From the NCBI GenBank assembly GCA_964106915.2, contig OZ066915.1: DNA of 64,000 nt. One strand, 5' to 3'. The first letter of the stretch is position 1; the number at the start of each line of letters is the position of its first letter. The stretch comes from Podarcis gaigeae (taxonomy: Eukaryota). Position numbers and translations under genes: made by a program. A model generated the notes under the pieces. The model had not been told where the DNA came from and searched no databases. It saw nothing but the letters and a program-made list of their open reading frames with translations. Shown one piece after another: positions 24,544-38,906 of the stretch.

Positions 24544-24676
24544 CCTTCGGCAAAAGAAAGGAAACCTTCCCCAGAGGCACTGGAATGGACCAGCTAATTT
24601 AGTAAAATGCAAGCCATGCCCTCTGATGCATGCCAGTGCAGTTTGTGGCTCCGATGGACATACTTACACAACAAAG
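24544..24676 (+). CDS. SPOCK1: internal coding exon of testican-1 (SPOCK1), start of Kazal/follistatin-like domain
   Basis: Acceptor ccttctcttccAG (24542-24543), donor AAG|GTAATG (24677). 133 bp = 1 nt + 44 codons: LRQKKGNLPQRHWNGPANLVKCKPCPLMHASAVCGSDGHTYTTK, matching my recollection of mammalian SPOCK1 RQKKGNVAQKHWVGPSNLVKCKPCPVAQSAMVCGSDGHSYTSK better than SPOCK2/3. Confidence 0.92.
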
Positions 24677-26048
24677 GTAATGACAAAAGCGTTTCTGCCG
24701 TAATTCGGGCATTTGCAAAAGTACCATTTAGGAATGTGAGCTTTCAAACCCAAGCCGTTTAATGAAACATGTAAGACTGTGAGTAAGGAAGGCTGTTACC
24801 CTGATGCTCCTCATGTCAACTGAAAGTGCCAGTAGTTCAAGAGAGTTCCTCTACACCCCAGACTGGAAAGTGAAAGGGGGTCCACATTTAGAAGCAGTTT
24901 TTCATGGTATTGTAAGATTGCCAGATTAGATGCCAAACTTCCTGCACAATGGAAATAACGTGGATCTTGTGTTTAGAGTGTGCAGAAAAAGCAGTAACAA
25001 TTGATTGAAGACACCTGTTATGTGAATCTGTGGCTTTATGTTTCCTTATATTTCCTTTTCTTTATGGTGTAGCATAACACATTAAAATGAACGATGTGCA
25101 CTGCATTTATATCACTCAATGCATGGTTGTTAGAGAGTAAAAACCTTGGTGGGAAGTGTAACATTTGACTTTATAGTGAAAATATAATTCACTTGGTGTG
25201 CTGCATAGGTCATATATATTCTAAACCAGTACACCAAAGGCATAGCTAAAACACTAAAGGATTTCCACATCTGAGAGCAGATAATGCAGTCAGTGGATAT
25301 TTTTCATTGGCCTGATTATTAATGCCTTAGGTGTTGATTTGGTAAAAAATACAAAACACCTCCTTAGTCATGTTTAATTCAAGTGTTGATACTTCACTTT
25401 TTAAGTGGAATTAAGATTTTCATGTTTTGTTCTTTGCGGTGTACTATGTTGGATTAATCATTTATTCATACATTCATTGCTATAGACATATAATATACAC
25501 TATTCACAAAGGTTTTGCTTGGATATGATACTTTATGGTAACAAGTCTGAAAACATAAACATAAAGAAGAAAAGATAAAATGCATCAATATATACCATCT
25601 AAAAAGTGCCCCAAAGGGCTGTAACTGTGGTGACCTAACTCACTTTAATGTATATTTAGCTCCTACGTTGTATTAGCAAGTATCCAGGTGATAGAAATTG
25701 CATGATCCATGCACCAAAGATTTATCATCTATATCAAGATAGCAAAGTTTGGCTTCAATTGTGTAAAGGAGATGCCGTAACAGAATCAAGCGGATGCAGT
25801 AGGTGAGGGTGTGAGAAGAAATGTGGGTTAGAATGAATATATAGTGATCTTGAGTGGTGGCATAGAGAAAGGAAGACAAATTGCAGGAGAAGAATTGTTC
25901 CAGGCACAGGAAACAACAGGTTAGAAGGTATGGAGACAAACCAGATGAGTGGTTGCAGAAAGGAAGGAGCATGAAGTTATAAAGGGCCATGAAAAGAGAA
26001 ATCTGATGCCAATTCACTCATGCATGTTGAGATCCTCATATGGGAACT

Positions 26049-26050
<2 letters not shown>

Positions 26051-26087
<37 letters not shown>
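26051..26087. repeat. (CA)n microsatellite
   Basis: Seen directly. Confidence 0.95.
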
Positions 26088-26088
<1 letters not shown>

Positions 26089-26544
26089 CCCATACGCAAT
26101 TCTATGTATGAGAGAGGGGGGCGCAATATGAATGCATTTGCTTCTGAATATTCTTAATTTGAATCAGGGCCAGAGAGGAGCAGAGCTAGGGGGGAGGACC
26201 TAGTTTTTGAATTAAATGTGGAACATGACAACTTGTGGAACATGACAAAGAGGCAATGTGACAATTGTGGAGAAGTTGAGTTATCCATAGTGATAAGACA
26301 GACTAATTTTGCCAAGATATGCTCAATCAAGCACCAGAGGGCAAGGTGTATATTGGGAAGTTCCATTAGCTGAGCTAGCACTTGGCTGTCCATCTAGGTT
26401 AGATGGCAAAATATCATCTGTGAACTGTGTAATCCCATAGTAACAATGAATTATTGCACTTGAATATGTGTTGTACATTTAAGGGAGCACTCATAGCTTG
26501 GTGATATAGCACACTCTTTTTATAGCTTCAGTTCCTAATATCCT

Positions 26545-26735
26545 CAGGGCCGGATTAAACCCTGTGGAGGCCCCTGGGCAGTCGAAATCTCGGGGAGGGG
26601 GCTTGCAAATTATATCTAAATACTTTTTGTAATTTTCTTTCAAGAGCAAATAAATATTATTTTGATCCATTGTTGAAGGGCCCCTAATAGGCTTGGGGCC
26701 CATAGGCCAGTGCCTACTCTGCCTATTTGGTGACC
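26545..26735. mobile_element. hAT-like non-autonomous DNA transposon remnant
   Basis: Starts CAGGGCCGGATTAA with GGCCCC subterminal motifs near both ends; right TIR not intact. Confidence 0.45.
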
Positions 26736-27530
26736 TAGCAATGAATATTCCCAGCCAAAAGTATGTCCAGTATCAGGACTGGAAAATATCTTTTCCAGCA
26801 AACCAGGAGAGTTTCTGTCTGTCTGGGGAGGCTGTAGTGAGCTCAATGGACCATTGGTGTGAGTAAGACAGCTCCATATGAACCAGCACTTGCTTTCATA
26901 TGGCACTTATGTATGCACCAACTAGATTCTCTGTTACTGATTCCTTTAAGTCTTCTTTCAAAAATACATTTCCATTCTCTTGTGATTATCTTGCTCTTCC
27001 ATGCTCTTCTTAGCCACTTAGAATATGCTCAGATAAAACAAAATGGGATTGACTTGATAAATCCATGGTAAATGCCTTTTATTGTATATTCAGTCAATCT
27101 GTTCCACTGGCTTATCGTGCTTTTACTGCATGATTTAGGCTGAGCCCCAGATCTTTCAGAAGCCCCTTTGATTATTTATCACTACATCCAAATACTTTTT
27201 TGATCCAGAGCCATTGATATTGTTAGTTCACTAACCTTCTCTGGCTCAGTTTTGATTCTGCTAGTTATAATGAAGACGTCTAATGCCTCCTGCTGTTGCC
27301 TATAGCTGTCTGGGAAAGGCAGGCTCTTCCACCCCTCAGTCCACTTTGAAAGAGATCTAGGTAAAATCTGTGTGTGGATGGGAGGTCAGCATCTCACCCA
27401 TTGGCATCATTTCCTCCTTACCTCCTATATTAGGTACATAGACTTGACAAGGTACATGTGCAATTATACCCAGGAGGCTTGCAAGGTAGAGATTTCAGAG
27501 GGTATAGATTTTCCATGCACCTTGTACATA

Positions 27531-27892
27531 AGGTAAAGGTAAAGGTACCCCTGCCCGTACGGGCCAGTCTTGACAGACTCTGGGGTTGTGCGCCCATCTC
27601 ACTCAAGAGGCCAGGGGCCAGCGCTGTCCGGAGACACTTCCGGGTCACGTGGCCAGCGTGACATCGCTGCTCTGGCGAGCCAGAGCTGCACACGGAAACG
27701 CCGTTTACCTTCCCGCTGGTAAGCGGTCCCTATTTATCTACTTGCACCCGGAGGTGCTTTCGAACTGCTAGGTTGGCAGGCGCTGGGACCGAGCAGCGGG
27801 AGCGCACCCCGCCGCAGGGATTCGAACCGCCGACCTTTCGATCGGCAAGTCCTAGGCGCTGAGGCTTTAACCCACAGCGCCACCTGTGTCCC
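27531..27892 (-). mobile_element. Sauria (Squam1) SINE, full length
   Basis: Perfect 13-bp TSD CACCTTGTACATA (27518-27530, 27893-27905); (AAAGGT)n tail; CpG-rich, so young. Confidence 0.95.
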
Positions 27893-30800
27893 CACCTTGT
27901 ACATACATATGCTCTATTTGAAGAAACATGTGGAAGGTGGGGTCAAGAAGAAATAATTGGTGATTGGTGATTAGTAATACCACCACACCCATCTGATTAG
28001 GTTGCCCCAGCTATCTCTCAACTCCCCACATATTCATTCTACTGCGTTTTTATCTGTATAGGACTTAAGTCTTTTAATAATGTGTTTAAAGAATAATGTC
28101 CTATAATTCCCATTTCAGTGGTTTGTGGTCCCCACAAGGATTGTAAGAAAACTTATTTTGACACCAGTTTCTGGAAAATGCAGCAAGGATGACTGTTTAT
28201 TTTCCCCCAGTAGTGTACTATACTCCTTCCCATATGCTGGGCAATTATAGTTTCATTGGCTTTCATTTTAATCAAGTCCAGAATTCTTCTGCTATTGTTT
28301 TTTTTTTCCCTCCTTCTGTTGCATGCGTCTAGCAGGTTTGCTTGAAAATTTGGATTGAAGTTTCTGCAGGTGACAGTTATAATGAATAGCAATTTCTCAA
28401 AGGATATGTCAGTCACAGCTACCAAACACAGACTTCTTTTGACCTTTATCCTACAAGGAAGTGGTCCATTGTCAGAGTGCTTTCTTGTAATAGTACTTTG
28501 TTGCAAATGATGCAAAACAAACGTGTATCAGGTTTCACAGCTTGACTTGGGTAACATTAAAAATCTCTGACTCCAGTTTTTTGTTTCTTTCAATATAAAC
28601 TTTTCATCACTCACCCAAAATAAGTAGTATTTTTGTGCAGTACTTCTCTTGAAACCAGTTCTGTCACATGTTTATTAGTAAATCATAACAAAGTCTTAGA
28701 TTCTCCAAAAAAAATGAGCTAAAAGTCAGAATAGAATAAGAAAATTTATAAGAAATAATAATGCATACAAAAGACTTCGCGGTTTGCTTGTTCGGAGATT
28801 TCTAAACCACCTCTGAGGGTGCGTTGCCCTCCCAAGGCACTGTACAACATTCTGCCACAAAAATATATGATATAAAACCATCTGAATAAAGCAATGTTTC
28901 AGCCGCGTTGTTTAAAACATGATACTACATAAAAACCATTGTTCCATTCCAAGTGACAGCTCAGCAGTATAAGGCAAAAGTTTATGTTCAGGTAAGCCGA
29001 ACAAAGTAAGGAATAGTAGGGCAAGGCTATTCACTGGCACCCCGGTGTCAAAATTCTATCTGATCCAGAACTCACAATTGCCCCAAGGCAACTTGAAGTG
29101 CCTCATATCATTGATGTCTCACTTGGGCTTTGCATAATACCTACATCCACATGTTGCAGCCTGTCTTGATCCCTAATTCTTCTCATATTCCACTGCATTT
29201 CTATAGTAAAATTTCTAAATTTTGTAAATATGCAGATATATGGGGATGAGAATGTTATATCTACCACCACCTCAAGTAGGAGGGAAATCTTTTGAAGTAA
29301 AATGCCTGCTTACACTCACAGAGGATTCCCTCACAATTTAAAACCCAGTTTTCCAGTGTTCTAAATGTGTGTGGAGCCTCCATATGCGCAGCAGGTTCTC
29401 TGCATCAGAAAATGACCCTCCAACTCATGGAGAGTGATCCGAAGAGTGACAGAGAGGTGGAGCATGTCCCCATGGTGTTTACTGAACTCATTCAAAGGAT
29501 GTCTGAAGTGTGCTCATGTGTCTCAGAGATTCTGTGCAACAGACAAACTCCAGCACTCTTCCCAGACACAGAGCGGCAGCAGAGGGTGATGAATTGTCCT
29601 GGACTTCATACTGAATTTCAGAGACCTGTCCCATGATCCTACCCCATAGGGCAGGCCAGGGTTCTTGCAACCACAACATTTGATTAGCAACCAATGATCT
29701 CTGTACATACATTTTGGTCATTGCACAGTTTTTCCATTTTCTGGGTGCATAATTTTAGTTATATGGAAACCTTAGTACGCTATAGAAGCCAACTTCTACC
29801 CTTTGCTGTTTGAAAATTTCTGTTTGCAATGAGTAAATGGTTTACCAGGGCCATTCTCTAAGGAGAAATGTAAAACTGACAAGTGTAATGCAGGATTCCC
29901 CCCCACTCTAATGTTACCCACATGGTTCTCAGCAGTGCCAGCTTTTATGGGCTTGGCATTTATTTCAGCTGTTTGACTTCACACAAGGTTTCATTTCCCA
30001 GGCAGTCTAAATTGTTTCAAGCAACTGCTGTGAAACTAAAGGTCAAGATTTAATGTCCTAGCAAATAAAATGTTGATGATTGTAAGTAATTATCAGGAAA
30101 TTCTAATGCCTGCCCAAAATTTCAGGGAATGTTCTAGGCTTCAGCAAGCAAATGCCTTAATGAGCTTTACAAAATTCAGAACAGCAAAAGTGGCATTTAT
30201 GGATTATCATTGTTTTGAAATGTAACACAGAAGACACAATGCATCTGACATAATAGAGATAACACTGTCGTATCATATAGCTTCCATGTGTATCTAGAGT
30301 GGAGAAAATTAGTTGTCCTCCAGGGGCCAAACTTATCAGAAGAGCTAAGAATTGGTGTCCCTATCTTGGAACATGATTTGCAGGATCCCCTTTGTTGTGT
30401 ATTTGTTAGTCCCCACAGCCCAGGAATATAATGTCAGAATGCATAAATATCCACAAGTATAAAGGATTTATCCAAAACAAAGTTAACACAAACAAAAATC
30501 AGAAGGAAGACACCATGGGACATGCCCGCACCATGCATCTCAAGGGTACGGTTTCAGCATTACATTTATTGCTTCTATCTGAACTAGTCAATTATTTCCC
30601 GTAAAAGTGCTGTAAACCCCAGTATTCCCCAAACATCATTTTTGGTGGAATCAGACTCAGTTTTAAATCTAAGCACTACTTATTCTTTGAGGGACAATAA
30701 AACTTGTGTGGTCCTTTTAAACTGGAATGCCAGTACATTACATGATGGAGTGGGTTTATGATAACCAAAGCCACTGTCAGATGAATATCAGCTCTTCGGT

Positions 30801-33800
30801 TGTTTTGGCTGTCCACAGCAGGGCAACCTTTTATAACAAATGGCCACAGTGTTTCTGTTTTCAAGCGCTCCCGTGGCTCCTACTGTGCTGTCAAAATTAT
30901 TGCACAGACTGCAATCACACAACAAGCCACCACGGAGACTCTTTCCAGTTTCAGCAAAGGTTGAATCTCACCAGCTGCAGTTCTGCTGAAAGTTGTTGGC
31001 CAGAGGGGACAGTGATATTTGTGAATTACTGTGTTTGTCCTTGTTCAAACACATAGTACCTGGGCAGCTGCATGTAACCCAATTGTCAATAATGACGGCT
31101 GCGTCCCAGCACTTTCCCATTCGTCATTCTCTGGTAATGATGGATGGCGATGTTTGTACCATATTTTGTTGCTGTTGGTTGTTGCAGATTAACACCAGTA
31201 ATAACATTTTGGCTTGCGGTTCACTCACTGGCAATCCAGCTTTTGTATCTGAAAATTGGATTTTGGATGCTTTCTGTCATGAAGCTGTAGAGCACACAGG
31301 TTGAGTACATAATAGCAAAACAAAACAAAATTCTGGTGCCAGAGACTGACTTTATTTTGTACAATAATTATTATTTCAGAACATTGATGATAATTTTATA
31401 GAATTCTCCACATTGAAAGTCTGGCATAAGTGTTAATTACAGTCTCACAGAAATCTGGACCTTGATATGCTACTCACAATAACAGTAGCAAGTCCTCCAA
31501 ACCAGTGGTGGTACCAGAGGGGGCGGAAATGATGGCTGCTCCCTGTGGTTATTTGAAGAACACTCACATTTCACATATAAATTGTAACTGGATCATAAAC
31601 TTGAAATTAAAAATAAGGCTGCCATTCTAAGCATGCTAAATCCACTTAAGTAAACAAGGCATATTTCACATTGGGGCAAAGTTTGTTCCATTTGGTTACC
31701 TTTTAACCCCCCACCCCCCACCCCCGTCCTTTCTGGTGACACCATTCTCAATACTGTACCACAGTGTGGATATCCAGTTCATTTGGATAATAAGGCACTG
31801 AGACTCTGCACTGAATGGAAACAACGTCTATTAATGATAATGGCAGTAAAATGGAATTGCCAACTCAATATAGCATTTGCCTGGAACAGCAGGAGATCCA
31901 GGGAAAGAGAATTTAGCATACATTCCTGCTGTGTATTGTATGATTCTCAAATCACATCCCATAATGCTTGAGCTGGCAGTGTTCTAAATTCTAGAGGAGG
32001 GGAAAATTGAGAACTGCAAAATATTCCTGGATTATCTCCATTTCCTGGACTTTGTGACAATATTGGGTGTACATCTTGGATATAGCCTCTTTACTAAATT
32101 AATTTCAAGACGCTTTTATAGTTAAATGACACATTGTGGTTGTAGAGTTCACTTTAAAGAAAGTAATCTAAAAGATAAAAAATGTAACACAATGCAGTTT
32201 GTATTTTGTAGCTCTTTCCAAACTACAACTTCTCCAGTACCCTTACAAACTTATGGCTATTCTTTAAAGAACACATTCCTCAAAAACAAAACAAAAAAAC
32301 CCATAAACATCTGTTGGCAGCAGTTCTATTCCATTCAGTGGAACCTACCCACCTATATCTGATATTACATTCAAAATTCATATTCTTGTACTTCTAAACA
32401 GACAGTGCACTGATTGTCAATTTGAATATACCCAGGATCATATTCCTATACATCTTTGAATTGTCAAGTTCTTAGTACACCGAAATCATAATTAAATTAA
32501 TTAGACACTGGGGAAAGGCTGGGTGGCTTATTACTTCTCAGCTTGTCCTTGAACACATTTTTGTGGAAACGAAGACCTGGGCAAATGATATTAAAACTAG
32601 TGATGGTGAACATATGGAGTGTGAGACCGGGGCTGTGCCTTCTGGCCCTTCTCCGAATCTCATGGTGTGGATCTTCTTTATGGACCGAATACACAAGTTG
32701 TATCCTGTCACCTGCCCAGGGCTGATGCTTCAATGGAGCTTGTTTTTAAGGAATTGGATTTAGGTTCAAAGCCTTTCCCTGCTTGTTGAAAGAATCATAA
32801 ACCACACAACTGATGTTCAGGTAGAACTTTATCTTGTTCTCTGGCATCACACCAAGTACCAATTCATAGCATTTCCATCATACTCTTCACAAATGAATTA
32901 CGCCAGCAAATATTCCAGGCCTCTAAAAGGAATATGTAAGCAATTAGTTAGCACTTTTTCCTGAGCAACACATTAAGCAGAATAACTGCGTAGCTGCCAC
33001 TTTTACAGGATGTGTAATTAAGCTAGTTAATAAAGCAATTACCTGAACATGACGACGACTGTTCTTCACTAATCAGAAAATGAAAATAAGGGTAATCTTA
33101 AATTACCAAATACTTCCTCAGTGACTAACAGCCCTTTCAGTGATTGGAAGGTACACATAGGTATAATTATTGTGCCTCCAAGTATGTACATTGTTGTTGG
33201 GCAAATTTAATTAAATGATTGTAAACAAATTAATCCAATTATCAAGCCTCTTGTTTGAAAATAGGAACAAAAAGTGCCTACTGTTGTCATAGCACTCACT
33301 AATTCGGCAAGAAAAATGGGAGGCAAGCAGTGTTTCCAGAAATTTGGGAGGGGAGAAGATGCAGTATTTGATGCCTTAGTGAACCAGTGAATTTCTCTTT
33401 GCTTTATTGTATTCACCAATGGTCACCTCTACATTGTCACTGTTTTGTGAGTGAGAGGGATTTAGTCACATACCAGACATTTAGGTTTTCACAGTTAAGT
33501 GGCTTAGAGTGTTTCTGGTGTTCTAGCACAACAAATCCACTTTTTTAGAAAAAGACTTGTGGTAAAGAAAGTGACAGGAAATGAACTAAAAAGTGTGGAA
33601 TAACTATTGATGGAAGAGAAGTCACATAACCTCCAAGCAAACAGATCAAATGGAATGTTCAATAAAGAGGTTATCAGGACAAGCTATGCGTCTGCATATG
33701 TGACTCACTAACAATGGAGAACCTGCTTAGTCCCTGATAGGCATTAATAGCCAGAATCAAAGGAAGATTGTGCTCCTGTATTTTTAATGGCACGTAGAAG

Positions 33801-34208
33801 AGGGGAATTCCAGTAGTTGCAGCTTTGCTAGCCCCAGGGGTGGATTTAGGGCTGTATGAACAGTGCACACGCACTGGGAACTGTCTCAAAGCCAGATAAG
33901 TGACTCACTGGGCTTTGAGAAGGAGGCGTGAGGCTCTCACAGGGTCCTAGAGTCCTCCTCCTTCCAAAAGCCAAGTTAGTGTTTTCATGCCTTTGGGAAG
34001 GCAGCACAAGGATGGGGGGAGTGCGCCACTGCTTACCCAGCATGGCAGATGCATTTAGTACCTGTAGCAGTTTAGTGTTAGACAACTATTTGTATCTCTT
34101 TCTGCCAAAGTCACAACAGCCAAGTAAAGCTGCTTCTGTTCCTAGACTGTACAAAAACCACACCTATAAAGCAGACCTGAGAAGCAATGAACTGGTAGAA
34201 TGCTCATA

Positions 34209-34447
34209 CAGTGGTACCTCAGGTTACGAACTTAATTCGTTCCGGAGGTCTGTTCTTAACCCAAAACCGTTCTTAACCTGAGGCGCGCTTTCGCTAGTGG
34301 GGCCTCCTGCTGCCGCTGCCGCCGCCGCACAATTTCTATTCTCATCCTCGGGCAAAGTTCTCAACCCAAGGTACTACTTCTGGGTTAGCGGAATTTGTAA
34401 CCTGAAGTGTTTGTAACCCAAAGCATTTGTAACCTGAGGTGCCACTG
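34209..34447 (-). mobile_element. Tigger/pogo-like MITE, family A (inverted relative to 1208 copy)
   Basis: TA|CAGTGGTACCTCAGG...CCTGAGGTGCCACTG|TA; interior is the reverse complement of family A. Confidence 0.9.
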
Positions 34448-37400
34448 TATTTATTAATTATAATAGAAGATCTTCAACCTGATTAGGCAAATTCAGAAAG
34501 CATGGGCAGGTGAGGTTCTGTGGAAATCTGGTAGGTGTCCTGCTCTGGCTCTAAAACACACAAGCAGAAGCTCTTTCTTATAAGGAAGGAAGGAATATTT
34601 ACTCAGGCAGGTAACAGTGCAGCTTAGCAAAGACACATTGCTCAGGAATCATGGTTTAGGAGCTCAGGAGCAGGGCAAGAAGTTCTGAACTGGGAGAAAA
34701 TGACAAAAAAAATCCTGACAAGTTTCCACACTCCATCTGCCAAGCTTTTAATGATGAGTGCTCAGTCACCTTGTGGGAATATCAGGATTGCTAAGATGTA
34801 CACATGCTCATAAACCTCAACCTTTACTGGCTGGAGCAACACAACGGTACGTAAGGGGTGTGACTACATCCACAGAACTTTTCTCAAGTTAGTTGCAACC
34901 CACCACCAGTGTGGATGGGAAAAACCACACTCACTCCCTAATAACAGTGACATGTGACCAAAGGTGCAGCAGTCAGTCAGTTTCAGGTTAAAAACATCAA
35001 AGAGCAACTGTACCACTATAGAAGAAGTACAGAAAGACCTAAGTCTTCCTAAGTCCCTCAATGACACCAAGCTTTTTCCCTAAACATGATGTGCCTGCGT
35101 TTTTATTCTCTCCGCTCAGAACCCCCTATCCAATCACAAGGTTCTTGGAATTCCGATACCTCATGGGACTATAACTAAGGACCAATAAGTTTAAATGGAA
35201 TGGCCACTGAATGATCTATCACACTTTGCCCTTTTTGGTTTCTACTGACCTCTATCAAAATTGAGTTCCATAACTGTTCTAATGGAAAATCTGAAAAGAT
35301 TCAGCCTCCTCTTTAGTAATTGTATCAGCCTAGCTGTTTCTTGCCAAACTGGCAACTGAAGAACCCCTATACAACATATCTCCTTTATTGAGGTAACTTA
35401 TATGCTAACCAGTTTTTATATCATAATATTGTAACATTGACTTTTCTGCTCAACATGTCACAGCATTCCACTTCACTAGGCATAGGGAATAAAATTTTCA
35501 GTTTAATGTTTATTCCTGATGGATCTCCACAATGGGTTTAAGGTGGATCTATTAGATCTAAGAGTCCATGAAAGTAAGCGGAACTTCATTATCTTAAAAT
35601 ATCCCAAATATAAGACCATTTGCCAGTTCAAATGCTTATTGTTTGTAGCAAACCTGCTTTATTTCCTCTTTGCATGCTTAGTATTTGTTTGCTTTAGTAT
35701 GTAATAAAGATTTAAATTGCCCTTTTCTGAGGTCCCAGATGTCGTTCTGATTTTGTTGTTAAGATTGGCGTTAAGGTTGAAATTGCCCAATATTTGAGAT
35801 CAAGCTTGATCAAGGTAGCTGAAACTAAAGAGGAATCTCACTGGGATGATTAAGTCATGCTAGGCTTCCTTCTGTCAACTCTAGTTGCTCCTGTCTTAAT
35901 GTAATAATCTAGTGTATGCTTCACATGTCATCCCCCTTCTCTTCAGCTTTCCTGGGCGGCTGATTCACAAAGATCAAAGACAGAGCACACTATTAATCCA
36001 TTGAAAGATGGTTGAGGAAGTGCTGACACAGACAATAATAAACTATGCATTGTAATGTTTGACACTGTAAACAAACATCACCATCATCAGTGTAGCTGCT
36101 ATAGCTTCCAAATAAATCTTGCAGCATTCCTTCAAACTGTTTTTCACATCTGGATTATCCTGCTTATGTAGCATGATGAGTGTTAATGGCACTCAGTAAC
36201 CCAAATTCTCATTTGAATTGGACCAAATTATTGCTTTTGTTGTAATTGGAGCAGCTCTATCCCCCCTTTAGCATCTCACCAGTTTTTACCAGAAGCATGG
36301 AGAAGACAAGTTATTTTTCAAGTCATCCTGGAGAGAAATGCCAGCCTCCCCCATGGCTACCAAACTGAGACCCAATAAGAGGCAGCTAACAGTGACCCAA
36401 AAGAGGTCCAGCTAGGATGCAAAGACTAACAACAGGAAATGCAGGTCCATCCATTCAATTTGAAAGGTTCTACAGCATTATTGAAAATCATTTCACCATA
36501 TCTATATCTCTAGATCTATCGATCGATCAATCAGTCAATCAATAGAAGATAGATAGATAGATAGATGATACATATAGATCTACTGAAGTAATAAGCAGTA
36601 ATATCCAATAAAACAAAGGGTTACTTGAGGATGGGATACGTTGGAAGAAGAAAAATATTACTGGTGAATGAACCAAACTATAAGCTTCTAAATCCTAATG
36701 TGGTAGTTAAATGGAGAGGATGGGGTAGCCCAGAATTATTAGTGTCCAAAACTTGGCTAAAATGCTTTGTAGCTGTGAGAAGATCTGTAGTTGTGATTTT
36801 AAAAAATATTTTACTTCCATGTTCGAAAGTGCCTCAAACGTATGCACCTGGTCATATTAGAGGGCTATTATGTGAATTCTCGTCATTGCATAGTTTTCAT
36901 TGTTTCCTTTCCACTTCCTTTTCACCTGGCTTTTGAGTAATTGCTAAAATTTGGAAGGATTTTCACCCAAGGAACCAGTAAGATTCAGTGACATTCTTCC
37001 AATGTGCTTCCAGAAATTTAAAGAAGTAGCTCACTTTCTCCCTCAGATACTCAGCTTAGATGTGAAAAATTCGGCAAATCCCACAGCCAATTACAATAAT
37101 GGAACTCTTCCCTATTTCCAGATATATATTTTAAACAAAAACTGATATTTTTGAAAATCAGAAACATTGTTAGAGATGCCTGTGCTTTGTTTGGCATTTA
37201 ATAAGTGTTTCATTTTATATGCTGAAGAGGGTCTCCCTACTCTTACACTCCACATGCAGTCTCTGGCAATGGAATTTCTGTTTCTGTTGTGACTAATGAT
37301 CCAAATAGTAAAAACTGACTGAGTGCAGACTTTCCCAGACATTTAGCATGATCTAGATAAAGAATTCTACATACAGAAGCAGGCTTCTTCTTATGCATCT

Positions 37401-38906
37401 CTTCCTAACTCAGAATGGGTATAAATAATATGCGTATTCAAATTATTGGAATACACATCTAAGTGTGAATGCCATCTATTCACATTTGCACTGCTTTTAC
37501 TTGAGTGCACTGTTCAATGCTTATCACCATCATGGCAAAACTAGTTGTGTGTAAAATACCAATACTAAAGAGTGACTAGAGCAGATCAGGTGATCAGCTT
37601 TTTTATTAAAAATAAAAAGTATGGAATTATCTAAATTCAGCATCTCCAGCCCCTTTGTATATGCGCCTGGTGCTGATAAATTCAGGAGTTAATATGTGGC
37701 TAAAGAGGAAGGAAAATGGTGGGGGGAAAGATGGACTAGTCAACACAGGAAATTGATTAGTAGAGAGCCAATACAGTTCCTATGATTAGTAGAGAGCAAA
37801 CCTAGACACCTACAAAAACAAGAGATACTGTGGAAATTTTGAACTTTGTGTATTTTAATTGCAAAATGGAACAAAGCCAGAGTCTAGAGATGATTCTAAA
37901 CCTAAATCTAGGTTCTTTATCTGTTCATATATTGAACCCTGGCCGTAACTTGTCACAGGATAGTTAAAGAGAAAAAGGTGCCTTATGGCCAGTCCTTAGA
38001 TGAGCCATTCATTTTAGTGCTGCCAGAGAGCCCTTGTCCAGATGATGTGTGTAGAAGTCTGGTTTTGTCTGCCATCTCAGTGTCTTCATAAAAAATCTGA
38101 AACACTGGAGCAATCTATTTAAAGAAAAACCAAAGTTTTTGGAGCTAGAGCAGCTACTCCATTTAGTAGAGAGTTTTGACCAATCCATCATCAAGCAGGA
38201 GAGCTGTGATCTTTGCCTTCCCTCTGCACATTTCCTACTATGTCATCCTGCAAGGACTGACAATATTATTAATGTATCATTATTTCATGCCTTGAGTATG
38301 GCTGTTGAAAGAGTTTTCCTCTGAAGGGAAAAGGATCCCTTCTGTAATACACTGCTCAGCGATGACAGGTGCCATTCAGCTCTCTCATCTTTACAACATC
38401 CCAATGCTAGCCTTTAAGTCCAGCTCTGAATGTAGGTGTATATGATAATACGAACTAAGCAGCCGCCTGATCATTGATTCCTTGTGTTAGAGGAAAGCTT
38501 GTTTTCACTGATTAGATGCTTATTGTCATTTATTTGCCAGGACTCTGCATACTCCTTGCATATGCATTTTGGTTGAATTAGGTACCTTTTAATCATTCCT
38601 TTCTTACTCCTTTTCAGGCCCTTTTGTTTGTGCAAAAATGCTTGGAAGTATAAATAAAATGTCTTGTGAGTCTTTATAAAACAAGAAGTGTTTCTAGAGC
38701 TTAGCAGATAGCATTTCAGTGTCTTGCTGTACACATGACTAGTATTCTTCCATAACTCGTCTTGTGCTGTCTCACCCCCCAGCTACTTGAGTCCCCATCT
38801 CTTTCCATTTTCTCCTCCCCAGTATCCCCTTCCACTCTTAACTTCACCAAAATATGAACCCTAACAGACTTGTTAACATCACAATTAAAAAATTGTATTT
38901 ACGCAT

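Noticed and set aside
24503-24703. ORF track 66-aa ORF as a standalone gene
   Set aside because: It is the SPOCK1 exon plus intronic read-through on both sides.
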